The notes under the pieces: generated by a model
Seen by the model: the letters and a program-made list of their open reading frames with translations, nothing else
What the model was told of the DNA's origin: nothing
The model's database searches: none
In this document: positions 9,087 to 19,166 of the stretch, one piece after another
How the letters are laid out: each line of letters opens with the position of its first letter
Numbering within the stretch: the stretch's first letter is position 1
Virus record (IMG/VR): IMGVR_UViG_3300046710_000040
Coordinates: 1 to 43,086 of that record
Direction: 5' to 3' (one strand)
DNA: 43,086 bases
Source of the DNA: a virus
Lineage: Duplodnaviria; Caudoviricetes
Translations under genes and position numbers: made by a program

Positions 9087-10862
9087 TTATAACCCCAGTG
9101 ATTTAGCTAGGTCGGCGGCGGTTTTAATGCCGTTTGATGGTTGTGTCTTGCCTGACATTCTGGCTCTTATATCGTCGTTGACCTGTGATACTGAAGTTTT
9201 AGAAGTATTCGAAAGCATCCTGATAAATGGTGTCAACTTAAGTATGGTTGCAGCATCCATATCGCCGTTCAATGTTTTACGCCATTCGTTAGCCGTTGAA
9301 ACATCAACCCCTGAAGATCCTATGTTCCCGGTTTCTACTTTACCAAGTTCGCCACGTACTGCGATTAAGGCAAGGTCAAGTTTTTTCATGTCAGCAACGG
9401 CTTCCGGACTGCCTATTTTGTTGATTGCTCCGCTTCTGAGGTTATTGAGCATAGGCCGCAAGTTCTGCCCGTATTTTGTTGCCACTTCTTCAAGTATGGG
9501 AAGTGTGTTGTCTATTCTGTTTGTGAACGTAGTCAGAGTGGTGAGTCGTTCGGTGTTCTTTCTGAGTGCGGCTGAGTTCGCTTTTTTATCCGCAATAGTA
9601 GCGGCTGCCGGTGCTGCTTCTGGGTCGAGGTTGATTCCTTCGGCCTTTGGTACTATTGCACCCCTGTATGGTACTTGCTTCCCGTCGACATATACAAAAG
9701 GTTCCCCGCCGTGTGAGTCCTTGTAAACCGGTTTCCCGCCTGTAGTCACACCCTGCATCGTTTCTCTTGCTACCATCTGAGAACCGGCAACGTGAACCGA
9801 TGGAACTTGAGACGCAACAGCATAAGCTGGCCCAATAGGTTTATCAAAAGCCTGGGTAGCCGGATTATACTGGAAGTCCTGTGCTGTTTTACCATCCGCT
9901 GATTTTACAGTGTGCGTCTGGTGTGCTAATTCCGCCGTATTGGATTGTTTAAACTCCATAGTTCCTTTTGTGGGGTCTAGTATATTATGGCCTAGTAGTT
10001 GCCCTGTTTGAGGGTCATATACACGCTGCACTGGCGAGCCATTGCTTATTGTGAAGTCATCGAGTTTAGCATCCTTCAACATTTGATTGTTTGGGTTTGC
10101 GGCTTGTGCTGCGGCGAGGTAACGTGCGGCTAACTGTCTGCCTGCATCCCCTTTCAACATTAACGGACCGATGGTTCCTATCAGGTCTTTGCCTGCTGTT
10201 AAATCCATTTGACCTTTAACATAAGCGGTTAAATCTCCACCCCCTGATTCAAGTTCCGCTTTATGTTTTGCCATTATGCTATCGAGATTGATTGCTTTCG
10301 TTATCTGGTCGTAATCGCCGGTTTTAATAGCGTGTTGAGTGAGTATTTCCATTTTCTGCTGTGCTTCTGTTTTGGTATTGGTTTGTACTCTCCCCTCATT
10401 GTAAGCCTGTACCGTTGGGCTTGCTGATTCTTGTGGTAAATTAAAACCGCTTGCGTCCGGTGCCGTGGTTGGAGCTTCGGCAAGTCCGGCCTGTTGCATA
10501 TCTCCTTCAAGCCCTGTAGTCGGTGCCGTGGTTGGAGCGGCATGAGGCGTTAAGTACTGAGCGCCAGGGGCAACGCCTACACCCAACATCTGCGCCGCGG
10601 TGCCAGAGTTTGCTTTTGCAGGAGTTATGGTTGTTGTTGTCTGTGGTTGTACTCCCGCTAGTTGCGATCTAAGATCGGCTGTGTCGGCCTGCCTGCGCTG
10701 TGCATCTTCTAACTGGATATTTCCCATAGCAAGAGATTGTCTAGCGGTCTGTGCGTTTAAGTCATCAAGCGCAGACTGCCGGTTTCTATTCTGAACATTC
10801 ACAAGCGTGTTATTCAAATTATTTACTGAATCGTTGTAACCGCCCCAAGGATCTACAGCCAT
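9087..10862 (-). CDS. DNA ejection / internal virion protein
   Basis: Position and Q/A/T-rich helical composition; internal APTTAP duplication. Confidence 0.6.
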   Translation of the reverse strand: MAVDPWGGYNDSVNNLNNTLVNVQNRNRQSALDDLNAQTARQSLAMGNIQLEDAQRRQADTADLRSQLAGVQPQTTTTITPAKANSGTAAQMLGVGVAPGAQYLTPHAAPTTAPTTGLEGDMQQAGLAEAPTTAPDASGFNLPQESASPTVQAYNEGRVQTNTKTEAQQKMEILTQHAIKTGDYDQITKAINLDSIMAKHKAELESGGGDLTAYVKGQMDLTAGKDLIGTIGPLMLKGDAGRQLAARYLAAAQAANPNNQMLKDAKLDDFTISNGSPVQRVYDPQTGQLLGHNILDPTKGTMEFKQSNTAELAHQTHTVKSADGKTAQDFQYNPATQAFDKPIGPAYAVASQVPSVHVAGSQMVARETMQGVTTGGKPVYKDSHGGEPFVYVDGKQVPYRGAIVPKAEGINLDPEAAPAAATIADKKANSAALRKNTERLTTLTTFTNRIDNTLPILEEVATKYGQNLRPMLNNLRSGAINKIGSPEAVADMKKLDLALIAVRGELGKVETGNIGSSGVDVSTANEWRKTLNGDMDAATILKLTPFIRMLSNTSKTSVSQVNDDIRARMSGKTQPSNGIKTAADLAKSLGL

Positions 10863-11587
10863 TACAGACCTCCAAAAGAGCTACCGGCAAGCGTTGAATT
10901 AGCTGCACTCATGCCAGTATCTAAACTGTTGTTTAACCCGTTGCTAGACATGCCTGCTCCGTTGCCACTGAGCGCGCCATAAGCGTTAATTCCGGTGCTG
11001 ACTGTGTTGTTTACCAGCCCGCCATAACCTGAATACAAAGCAGCTCTTCCTGCTCCTGCGGCGGTATTTGAAGCAGAGTTAGCGGCGTTGGCATTACTAA
11101 GGTTGTTGCTCATTTGGTTTCCTGCATTCCCTGCCGATGCACTTGCCCCCGTACCAATTTTGACCTGATCTAGCAATCTGTTGTATTGGTTGTTGTAGTC
11201 GCTTGCGGCGACTCCACTTGAGAGTTCAGCCAACCGTTGGGATGCGTTACCTGATCCGAGCAATCCCCTCGCGGCTAATTGTCTATTTAGGCTTTTAGTA
11301 CCCTGCTGCAATTCATACTGAGCGGCGGGGCTTTCCGACATGTTATAGCCGCCATTTACCATCTTGTCCAAGTTGGCGTTAGCGGCCACCCCTGTATCGT
11401 AGAAAGGTTTGTTTCTGGCTACATCTTGATTATATATGTCTTTCTGTTGAGCCAGTGTTGCGTTTGTACCTTGCAGGTTTGTGTTTGCCGCGTCAGTAGT
11501 GGCACTTGCGGCTTTATTGGCACCATACGCTCCTACCCCAGCAGTGACCGCTGCTGTACCGACTATCGCTGTGGCTACCCATGCCAT
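10862..11587 (-). CDS. DNA transfer (pilot) protein, P22 gp7-like
   Basis: Hydrophobic N-terminus; SPAAQYELQQG...AARGLLGSG motif; G/A/N-rich tail. Confidence 0.7.
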   Translation of the reverse strand: MAWVATAIVGTAAVTAGVGAYGANKAASATTDAANTNLQGTNATLAQQKDIYNQDVARNKPFYDTGVAANANLDKMVNGGYNMSESPAAQYELQQGTKSLNRQLAARGLLGSGNASQRLAELSSGVAASDYNNQYNRLLDQVKIGTGASASAGNAGNQMSNNLSNANAANSASNTAAGAGRAALYSGYGGLVNNTVSTGINAYGALSGNGAGMSSNGLNNSLDTGMSAANSTLAGSSFGGL

Positions 11588-11590
11588 ATA

Positions 11591-12100
11591 TTACTCCTTT
11601 AGCCCGATGTTGATTGTGGGCGTTCCGCCAATGCTTAAGAATTCTTCGTATGTTGCTGCAACTACTTCTTTTTCAATGTCATCAAGATTGTTTTCGTTTT
11701 TGGTGGAGACATTCCCGTTATTTTCGGTAAGGTGAACCGTACACCACCGCATATCTTCCAGTATTTGCAGCACTCTTTTAGTTCCCGCTTTTGTGGTTAT
11801 TACGCATGGGGCAGTTATAATTTCATCACCACTTGATTCGGATACGACGCGCGCTTTTCCAGATAGCACAAATGCAAAATGGTCGTATTTGTGTATCATA
11901 GTTGTCATAACTGAACCGGCAGACATGAATATTTCCCTACAATACATGCCCGGAACAAATCGATGGATAAGAGGGAAAATATCATTAACCTGTCCTACCC
12001 TGCGTTCGCCTCCCACATCAATCAAAGCCTGTTCAAATCCGGCAATGCTTTCCCTAAAATTGTTGGAGTCTAGTTTTGATATAGCTTTATCAGTATCCAT
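11591..12100 (-). CDS. Cupin-fold phage protein
   Basis: HRFVPGMYCREIFM...IHKYDHFAFVLSG...GTKRV...WCTVH. Confidence 0.65.
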   Translation of the reverse strand: MDTDKAISKLDSNNFRESIAGFEQALIDVGGERRVGQVNDIFPLIHRFVPGMYCREIFMSAGSVMTTMIHKYDHFAFVLSGKARVVSESSGDEIITAPCVITTKAGTKRVLQILEDMRWCTVHLTENNGNVSTKNENNLDDIEKEVVAATYEEFLSIGGTPTINIGLKE

Positions 12101-12101
12101 T

Positions 12102-12446
12102 TCACACCATCTCAAAAGTCGCGCCATAAATAGCCGCCCTGACTTTGCTTGCTGCATCGGCAATCATCACTGTAATTCCGCCTATTTCCACAATGGCCGA
12201 AGATGCACGTTGTTGTTCAGCGCCCATTGTTCCAGCGGGGTCAAGCGTGACTTTAAACACCTGGTTAGCGTCAGTTACGGCACCGGTGTAAAAAGTGACC
12301 GTTCGTGCTACTGAATCAGTGTTATTTAGTTCAATCCACTTGATTACGGTTTTTTTTGTTGCGGTAAATTGCGGCGTACCCGGCGCTGATGATGGTAGCA
12401 ACGTCCCGGCCATTATCGTAATTGGTGTCAAAAGCGGGTTAGCCAT
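12102..12446 (-). CDS. Putative virion structural protein
   Basis: Beta-rich 114-aa ORF tightly coupled within the tail operon. Confidence 0.55.
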   Translation of the reverse strand: MANPLLTPITIMAGTLLPSSAPGTPQFTATKKTVIKWIELNNTDSVARTVTFYTGAVTDANQVFKVTLDPAGTMGAEQQRASSAIVEIGGITVMIADAASKVRAAIYGATFEMV

Positions 12447-12850
12447 TACATGCCCCCCATGATATAAAGCCCTTCGTATGACGGGCGTGTTGTGTTCTGG
12501 TGCGGTGTTGCTATCATTACGTTTTCTGCCATTGACTGAAAGCCTGCGGCTGATCCGTCCTGCCAGTATTTAGCCTGTGCGTCTGATACGTGCTTAACGT
12601 GGTCAGTATCTTCAATTACTTTGTCGGTATTGGTAACATCGGCACCGAATACGTTCTGCAACATGATATGTGTTCTAAACTCAAGGTCAGATAGCTTTGA
12701 TCCGGTCTTGTCGATGATGTCCCATGTGATGCCGGGGATGCCGGACAAAATAAGCCATATCCGCGTAAACCATTTTTCCAGTTCAAACGGGTCGATGTTG
12801 CCGCCCCTGTTTTGCGGTGGACGCGGTAATTTAGTGAATGGCCCTTGCAT
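12446..12850 (-). CDS. Putative tail-associated protein
   Basis: Coupled directly downstream of the gp10-like gene. Confidence 0.5.
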   Translation of the reverse strand: MQGPFTKLPRPPQNRGGNIDPFELEKWFTRIWLILSGIPGITWDIIDKTGSKLSDLEFRTHIMLQNVFGADVTNTDKVIEDTDHVKHVSDAQAKYWQDGSAAGFQSMAENVMIATPHQNTTRPSYEGLYIMGGM

Positions 12851-14946
12851 TATGAGGATAGCCCCCTTAGTTCGGTATCGACTCCAACCAGAACCAAATC
12901 TGCGTCATCAGTCAGCCTGAATTCGTATTGACGGCTGCGGTACATGCCAAAGCGGTTCATTTTAGCAAGGAAGTCGCGCTGTCCTACCGGCTGCAATGGT
13001 ACGGTAATCCAGTTCGACCATTCCTCATTACCTTCATCCCTAAATCTAAGAATTAGAGTGCCGATGTTTGATGCGCCTGCTTTGCACTTGACATAAAACT
13101 GGTCGCACACTTTGCGGTTATAGGTGCCGTGATTCAGCCATCCAGTGCGCCGATATGACACCATCTCATTGCCATCGTCGTTGAACGTAGCGCGGTCAAG
13201 TTCGTATATTTTTCCGTCCACCCGTGACATGATGAGGTGTTTGTTCCATGCTTTTACAAAACAAGTGTGTTGACCTAAAAAATGCTCATGTTCTCCAGAT
13301 GATGCGTTCCAGTAGCCCCACCTGACCCACACGTCATTTTTATAATCATACGCCCATGATTGCTTTGCAGTGGGGAAGGTCAATAACCACATGGCCAAAC
13401 CGCCAACACCTATTAAATCTCCTACAGCGTCGGATATGGTTTCCATCTCTGCCAGAATTCGCCCAATAGCATCAGAACATGCAACCGGCGCACGCCCTTG
13501 AAATTTGACTGCAACTCGGTTTCCACCAATGACGCAAAGCATAAATACTGTGTTGTCGGCAACAACAACCGAATATGGCGCTTCGATACCGCCCTCAGTA
13601 AAAGCCCCCGCAATAGGACTATAAGGTGTTACTCCGTCGTTCTGCCATATCTCTATGCCGTTGGTACCGCAGGCGTAAAGTTCCTGCCAAGCGGCAAATA
13701 TTGCAAGCAGTTTATCACCTTTAGCATCGCAGGTCAGTGGATTGTCGGTACTGCCCCAATAAGCATTGTCCATTATCCCCGTAATAGGGTTTGTGTCGGT
13801 AAAATCAAACCTGTTGGTGTCGGGTTCATTTGCTAAAAAGTTGCCCTTGATATAAGCAACGTGAGTAGCAGCTGGTACGTTCGAACTGGTCAGTTCCACC
13901 GAAGCGTCAGACCACCCAAGTTCAAGCCCTCCGTATGCGTTCCAGCCAATATTCATCGTATCTGCGCCAATGGTTTCAGATGGTGAAACGTTGGTCACGG
14001 TTTTAAAATAATATGTTGAAGTTACGGCAACCGCTCCATTCGGCAATGTTACTGTTTCGGTTTGTACAAGATCATTTGCATCGGTACCGGTTATGGTCGC
14101 GCTAAGACCTGAATGATCGGTGGCGGTTAGTCCGGTAATAGTGACTAGCCGTTCGTGGCCGTCTGTTGGCGCGGTTGATGTAAGTGTCCATGTCGCTCCG
14201 GTAACAGCTGCAGCAAATCCTGACGCGTTAGCAGTGCCGCTCCCAATAGTTGCGGAAGGTGTAATGCTGGTTACTGTTTTAAAGTAGCTTGTCGTGCGGG
14301 TGGTGCCTTGTGATGCGGGTAAAGCTATGCTTTCCGTCTGTACAGCATCGTATATGTCGGTGCCGGTGACTGTAGCGGTTAATGTTGAGTAATCAATGGT
14401 TGTAGGGTTTGTTATGGTAACGATAACCCCATCTTCGGCAGTGGGGCCGTGTGAAGTTGATAGTGACCACGATGCGTCATGAACAAGTGTTGCAAATCCT
14501 GTGTAGTTAGCGGTGATAACCTTTTGCCCCTGATATACGGGAAACGTTGTATTCCCGCCGTTAATTGAATAAACGAGCTTTCCAGTAGCCATGTAAAGCC
14601 ACGGCGTGCCGTCTGTAGCTTGACCATCGGCAAACACAACAGGTACACCAGCGTTTAAAGATGCGCCTGTTATATCAGTTGCTGTGCCGTCTGCGGCAAG
14701 TTCAAACGCCTTACCATTGGAAACAGCAATGACTTTGCCTGACGCCTCCCATGAGAAAAGACCATCACCCTGTACGCCTGTGGCGAGATCCGAAAACTGT
14801 TTAAGGCCTGGGCGGCGGCGCGTGACAAAGCCGACACCGGGAACTTTTTCTAAGTACGTATCAAACATCGAGTCCGCCGACAGTGAATTGGCGATAGTAT
14901 CAGTATTATAAAATGGAACTTCATTTAGAGGTAAAGGCGTTGACAT
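12850..14946 (-). CDS. Tail hub / packaged-DNA stabilisation protein, P22 gp10-like, with internal duplicated domain
   Basis: RRPGLKQF N-terminus; LLTFPTAKQSWAYD; C-terminal RFGMYRSRQYEFRLTD. Confidence 0.8.
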   Translation of the reverse strand: MSTPLPLNEVPFYNTDTIANSLSADSMFDTYLEKVPGVGFVTRRRPGLKQFSDLATGVQGDGLFSWEASGKVIAVSNGKAFELAADGTATDITGASLNAGVPVVFADGQATDGTPWLYMATGKLVYSINGGNTTFPVYQGQKVITANYTGFATLVHDASWSLSTSHGPTAEDGVIVTITNPTTIDYSTLTATVTGTDIYDAVQTESIALPASQGTTRTTSYFKTVTSITPSATIGSGTANASGFAAAVTGATWTLTSTAPTDGHERLVTITGLTATDHSGLSATITGTDANDLVQTETVTLPNGAVAVTSTYYFKTVTNVSPSETIGADTMNIGWNAYGGLELGWSDASVELTSSNVPAATHVAYIKGNFLANEPDTNRFDFTDTNPITGIMDNAYWGSTDNPLTCDAKGDKLLAIFAAWQELYACGTNGIEIWQNDGVTPYSPIAGAFTEGGIEAPYSVVVADNTVFMLCVIGGNRVAVKFQGRAPVACSDAIGRILAEMETISDAVGDLIGVGGLAMWLLTFPTAKQSWAYDYKNDVWVRWGYWNASSGEHEHFLGQHTCFVKAWNKHLIMSRVDGKIYELDRATFNDDGNEMVSYRRTGWLNHGTYNRKVCDQFYVKCKAGASNIGTLILRFRDEGNEEWSNWITVPLQPVGQRDFLAKMNRFGMYRSRQYEFRLTDDADLVLVGVDTELRGLSS

Positions 14947-15665
14947 TACCGCTCCACTTCAAAATAAGATACTGACGGCTCTCTGTCGTAATCGTCTATC
15001 ACTTTCCGCATGTCGTTGTATCGCTGTTCAAGTCGCGCAAGTTCTCCCGCTGGCATGGCGTATTCCGGCGCAATTTCAACGGCAAGCCCAAATTTAATAA
15101 GGCGCAACCATTCTTGCGGTACGTCCGGCGTATCGGTATCATTAAGAAGATCCGCAATACCTCTATCACATGTAAAAAAGATTGTATCAGCGGTAGCCGG
15201 TACAGGCCAGACGGTTATCTCGCCTTGGTACAATTGCGGGTTGTAATAAAATTGAACACACGGCGCTTGATTGGTCTTGTTGGTGAGTTTGATGTACTCG
15301 TCCCGGCTCATTGGTGTTAGTGGACGGTCAAATCCGGATGAGTTACGATATGCGGCGGCTTGAATGCGTGTAGGCCGGTCAACCTGAGTGGCGGTGCCTT
15401 GATATACACATACATCAGGTGAGGGAGTGCCATCAGCGGCGGGGCCGAGCAGGTATGTTGCCTGCCCTGGCACAAGTGTCAATAGGGCAAATTTTTTCAA
15501 CCACAAAAAGCCATCAACCTGCCATGATTTAAGCATGAAGTTGATAGCTTCGGCGGCGTCCTGCATCTGGTCGGCTGAAGGCTGGCTATTGGAGTTGTAA
15601 GCGCCCACCAACCTGAGAGATGCTTTAATAAGGGTGTCGCGTACAGGGTAAAAAGTTGTCGGCAT
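14946..15665 (-). CDS. Head-tail adaptor, P22 gp4-like
   Basis: LIKASLRLVGA...DAAEAINFMLKSW...PQEWLRLIKFGLAVEIAPEY. Confidence 0.75.
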   Translation of the reverse strand: MPTTFYPVRDTLIKASLRLVGAYNSNSQPSADQMQDAAEAINFMLKSWQVDGFLWLKKFALLTLVPGQATYLLGPAADGTPSPDVCVYQGTATQVDRPTRIQAAAYRNSSGFDRPLTPMSRDEYIKLTNKTNQAPCVQFYYNPQLYQGEITVWPVPATADTIFFTCDRGIADLLNDTDTPDVPQEWLRLIKFGLAVEIAPEYAMPAGELARLEQRYNDMRKVIDDYDREPSVSYFEVER

Positions 15666-15673
15666 TTAGCGCC

Positions 15674-15931
15674 TCACGGTATCAGTAAATAAGCATCAGG
15701 TGTGGTGCTGGTATCTACAAAGGTTTCTACCGCTTCTGGGCGATAATATGACTTAGGTTTGCAGTCTGGTACTCCTTTTAGAAAGTCTTGCTGGTTGCGA
15801 ATTTCAAGGCACTGTGGGTGTACATATAATCCAGTCCATTCCTTGACCAAATCATCGCCTTTTGCTTTAAAACCACATCTATCGCAAATTACGTTGATTG
15901 AACCGAGCTTGAGGTAATCTTTATTCCCCAT
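15674..15931 (-). CDS. Conserved phage protein with Cys/His ligands
   Basis: ICDRCGFK...EWTGLYVHPQC. Confidence 0.6.
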   Translation of the reverse strand: MGNKDYLKLGSINVICDRCGFKAKGDDLVKEWTGLYVHPQCLEIRNQQDFLKGVPDCKPKSYYRPEAVETFVDTSTTPDAYLLIP

Positions 15932-16347
15932 TACTCGTGATACCCTTTGATGATGATTGTTCCGTAGTCCCCAGCGGCAATGCCGGATGTAGACAACAGA
16001 AGTTTGCCTGTCTTTCCTGTGCCAGCGTTATTCAGGAGCGGTGCGCCCATTTCAAAGAAGTCAATCTCTCCGTCATACTCGCTCAAAGCACAAGCAAGAA
16101 CGTCAGTATCGGCATCCCATAACAGAGCGGCTTTGAATCCAGCCAGGTTATAGTTGATGGACTTGATCTTGAGATTAGTGGGCAGACCGGTCAAGCCTAC
16201 GGATGCCTGAACTCCTGATATAGCTGCCAGAGGGTCAATGATAGGGGTAGCGGTAACATCACCGGCACTGTCACCGGTGATGTCAATCCGCGCTACAAAG
16301 TTTCGTGTTCCATTAATAGGGAACGTAGTCAGCAAAGTGGCGGCCAT
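15931..16347 (-). CDS. Putative virion structural protein
   Basis: Operon position; NNAGTGKTGKLLLST motif. Confidence 0.55.
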   Translation of the reverse strand: MAATLLTTFPINGTRNFVARIDITGDSAGDVTATPIIDPLAAISGVQASVGLTGLPTNLKIKSINYNLAGFKAALLWDADTDVLACALSEYDGEIDFFEMGAPLLNNAGTGKTGKLLLSTSGIAAGDYGTIIIKGYHE

Positions 16348-16356
16348 AAATACCCC

Positions 16357-16461
16357 TTACACTTCGGGTTCTTCGGCGGCGGGTGCCTCCGGAGTTACTT
16401 CGGGTTCTTCGGCGGCGGGTGCCTCTTCCACAAATGGGACGAACTCATATCTATCTGGCAT
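16357..16461 (-). CDS. Tiny acidic peptide (34 aa) with a tandem repeat
   Basis: MPDRYEFVPFVEEAPAAEEPEVTPEAPAAEEPEV*. A 29-bp unit is repeated at 16361-16389 and 16397-16425; AAGGAG RBS. Confidence 0.55.
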   Translation of the reverse strand: MPDRYEFVPFVEEAPAAEEPEVTPEAPAAEEPEV

Positions 16462-16462
16462 G

Positions 16463-17440
16463 TTATGCTCCTTGTACGGCGATGCCGGTAGTTGCGCCAG
16501 TAGGTACAGAACCCTGGACGAATACGCCGGTCGTGCTCGATAGTTTGGTGTTGTTGATCGATACGCAGTTGTTGATCAGCACCTGACCTACTGTGAGTGA
16601 AGCACCGAACTGTACACACTGAGCAGGCACGGCGGTTGCCAGTTTGTTGTTGATGAACTTGCAATCGTCAAAGATCATCATGCGCTCAACGTCCGTTGCG
16701 TTGGCGCCGTAAACGTGCGCGCCGGTTGTTCCACCTGCTGATTTCCAGAAGTAGCAACCTTTGAAAGTTACATCTCGGGAAACAAGGCCAGTTCCGGCGA
16801 GTCCCTTTGTCACTCTTACGGATGCGCGGATAATGTCGCCAACTTGAAGGTTGGCAAGCGAACCGAAAGTACAATTCAATATCTGGGTGCTGTCACCGTT
16901 GGAAACAAACTCAGAAACGGTAGTCCCGTTGAGCAAGGTTTCCTTGTAGAACTCGCAGCCATTGTAAAGGGTGTATTCTCCACCCTCAACTACGGTATAA
17001 AGTCCCTGTGTAACGGTATCGGCGTTCATAAACTTGATGTTTGTAAAGCTGTTGCGAACACCGGTGTTAATCATCGTGCCGATGTTGGTTGCAACTCCAG
17101 TGATACCAAGATACACCTTCGCATTCTGGCCGTAAAAACGACCGTTCGTTCCGTCGATCCCGATGATGTGTACCCGGTTGATAGAAACAGTCAACATACT
17201 TGTCAGTACGTGAACTGCGCTACCCATGAGGCAAATCACATCGTCGTTGTCGGTTGTGCATTGCGTGAGAGCGTAGGCAACGGTTTTGTAGGGACGGTCA
17301 ACACTGCGGCCACGTCCAGCGCCGTCAATGCCTGTGCCATAGTTGACAAAGAAATACTTGCCTGGAGAGGCGGGAACTGCGCCGCCCAATACTGGGACAC
17401 CGAAACTGGAAATACCTTTGGGGAAATTTGTTAATGGCAT
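16463..17440 (-). CDS. Beta-helix (pectin-lyase-like) virion protein, possible head fibre/decoration
   Basis: MPLTNFPKGISSFGVPV...YFFVNYGTG...RPYKTVAYAL; located after the capsid gene. Confidence 0.6.
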   Translation of the reverse strand: MPLTNFPKGISSFGVPVLGGAVPASPGKYFFVNYGTGIDGAGRGRSVDRPYKTVAYALTQCTTDNDDVICLMGSAVHVLTSMLTVSINRVHIIGIDGTNGRFYGQNAKVYLGITGVATNIGTMINTGVRNSFTNIKFMNADTVTQGLYTVVEGGEYTLYNGCEFYKETLLNGTTVSEFVSNGDSTQILNCTFGSLANLQVGDIIRASVRVTKGLAGTGLVSRDVTFKGCYFWKSAGGTTGAHVYGANATDVERMMIFDDCKFINNKLATAVPAQCVQFGASLTVGQVLINNCVSINNTKLSSTTGVFVQGSVPTGATTGIAVQGA

Positions 17441-17506
17441 GATTTGTTACTCCTTGCACTTGAAATTACCAAGCACCCCGAAAGGCACAAGGGTTGATAA
17501 AACGCG

Positions 17507-17538
17507 AAAAGGGGCAACTCCGTGATGGAATTGCCCCC
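17507..17538 (-). terminator. Terminator after the major capsid gene
   Basis: Minus strand GGGGCAATTCC-loop-GGAGTTGCCCC-TTTT. Confidence 0.7.
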
Positions 17539-17648
17539 TGATTACGGTTAGGCGATATTTAGTTGTCATGGCTACGTAGTTGCAAATAAGATGGCTTGAT
17601 TATGCCCTGTTTTTTCCTTAAAGTCAATGACTCTTTAAGTTGTCACTC

Positions 17649-18575
17649 TCAATTTCCTTGGCTACCATACCATGCTCTTGGGTCACCCACGGTAAAGGAT
17701 CTACGAAATCTACATTTGAATTTCGCGTTCCCAGTTTCGAACGAGTTATCATCGCTGACTTTGCTGGCGATACGGTCAAAGCATACCAGACCTTTTTCGG
17801 GCATTACGTCTGTGCGAACAAACCATGCCTTTGCGCTGGAAAGGTAAGGGTTGATTACCACGCCGCCGGGAAAGCTCCCCATATTTTTCAGAGCATTGAT
17901 AGCGTTGTTTGCGCTGTCGTTCTGGTTTGTGGATTTCAGAATACGGTTGATTTCGAACTCCTGTTCCGGTGGGGCAATGATTGACTTAGCCATCAGCTGG
18001 ATGATCGTTCCTGCATCATCTTTGAGACGCTTAATATCAATGTTGGCCTGTTCGAGTGCCAGTTCCGAAATGTCGCAAGCTACAGACGGCATATTGGAGT
18101 AGGTTGCACCCCTTACGGTCGGGTGAGAAGCGGAAAGAAATGCTACGCCATCGCCGCCCAATGCTGTAAAAGCGTTGTTGTAGAAGTTACCCGCAAGTGT
18201 TTCTTCCGTTTTACCAGCAGCGCGGGCGAGATAACGGCCAGCTTCTTTCGACAGGATAGCAAGGCCATCCGCTTTATACTGGTTATCCTCGATCACTTCT
18301 TCGGTGTACTGGAGACCGAGCGCCCATGTTTTGTTGTACACACGGGTTACATAACCCTGCTGGATAGCATCGTACTGGATGCCGTCGCCTTCGTCCTTTT
18401 GCTTCATGAGGCCAAGGCCACCAGCAGAAACCATTTCTTCATACAGTTTTTCCGATTTCACAACATCAAACATCTGAGGCGTGAATTTCTGAAACTCGTT
18501 GTAGTCAATGCCGAACCAACTAAAAACGCCCGGCAACATCGCTTTACTAAAATTTCCCGTTCCGACGATAGCCAT
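17649..18575 (-). CDS. Major capsid protein (Mu gpT-like family)
   Basis: 308 aa; GGDGVAFLSASHP, SELALEQA, NPYLSSAKAWFV, DPRAWYGSQG. Confidence 0.85.
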   Translation of the reverse strand: MAIVGTGNFSKAMLPGVFSWFGIDYNEFQKFTPQMFDVVKSEKLYEEMVSAGGLGLMKQKDEGDGIQYDAIQQGYVTRVYNKTWALGLQYTEEVIEDNQYKADGLAILSKEAGRYLARAAGKTEETLAGNFYNNAFTALGGDGVAFLSASHPTVRGATYSNMPSVACDISELALEQANIDIKRLKDDAGTIIQLMAKSIIAPPEQEFEINRILKSTNQNDSANNAINALKNMGSFPGGVVINPYLSSAKAWFVRTDVMPEKGLVCFDRIASKVSDDNSFETGNAKFKCRFRRSFTVGDPRAWYGSQGN

Positions 18576-18578
18576 TAG

Positions 18579-19154
18579 TTAGCTCCCCTGTACGCCGAGA
18601 GTTCCAAGACTCCCGAAGTAATGTGAATTGATTTTGCACAGCACGCGGTTATAAAGCGCGGCTGGTGTAGTGTCCGGCTGATATTTGATTACTGTCAGCG
18701 GGAAGGTACTGGTTGTTGCTTTGGATGAAGCGTCAAGCTGCATTGCTGAAGTACCGAGTGTGGTGCTGCCCGATCCAACAACCGGCTTGAATCGCATACC
18801 CATATCCGTCAGTGCAAGTGCGGCGTTTGCCTGAACTTCATAGATGGTGTTTGGATCAACGTTGACTTTGCAGTAACGTACCTGGTTTGCAGTGCGGTAA
18901 GTCTGCTCCAGTTTTGTGCCGTCAACGTCGAACGATACAACAGCACCAGCAAGCCCTACGTCAGTAGCTGCGGCCTGTTTAACGAAAGGGACGCCATAAG
19001 CGTCTGCGGTGCCAGTGAACAGCACGAGATCCCCGATGAAAGTGGCAGTACCTTCGCCAGCGGCGAAAGCGCACGTCATTTCTTTCAGGTTGTTCTCAGC
19101 ACCGGTAATACTACCAACGGGAACAAACCCGTTGATTCGGCTGATATTTGCCAT
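18579..19154 (-). CDS. Putative capsid decoration/cement protein
   Basis: MANISRINGFVPV...VDPNTIYEVQA; immediately upstream of the capsid gene. Confidence 0.6.
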   Translation of the reverse strand: MANISRINGFVPVGSITGAENNLKEMTCAFAAGEGTATFIGDLVLFTGTADAYGVPFVKQAAATDVGLAGAVVSFDVDGTKLEQTYRTANQVRYCKVNVDPNTIYEVQANAALALTDMGMRFKPVVGSGSTTLGTSAMQLDASSKATTSTFPLTVIKYQPDTTPAALYNRVLCKINSHYFGSLGTLGVQGS

Positions 19155-19166
19155 AATATAACTCCT

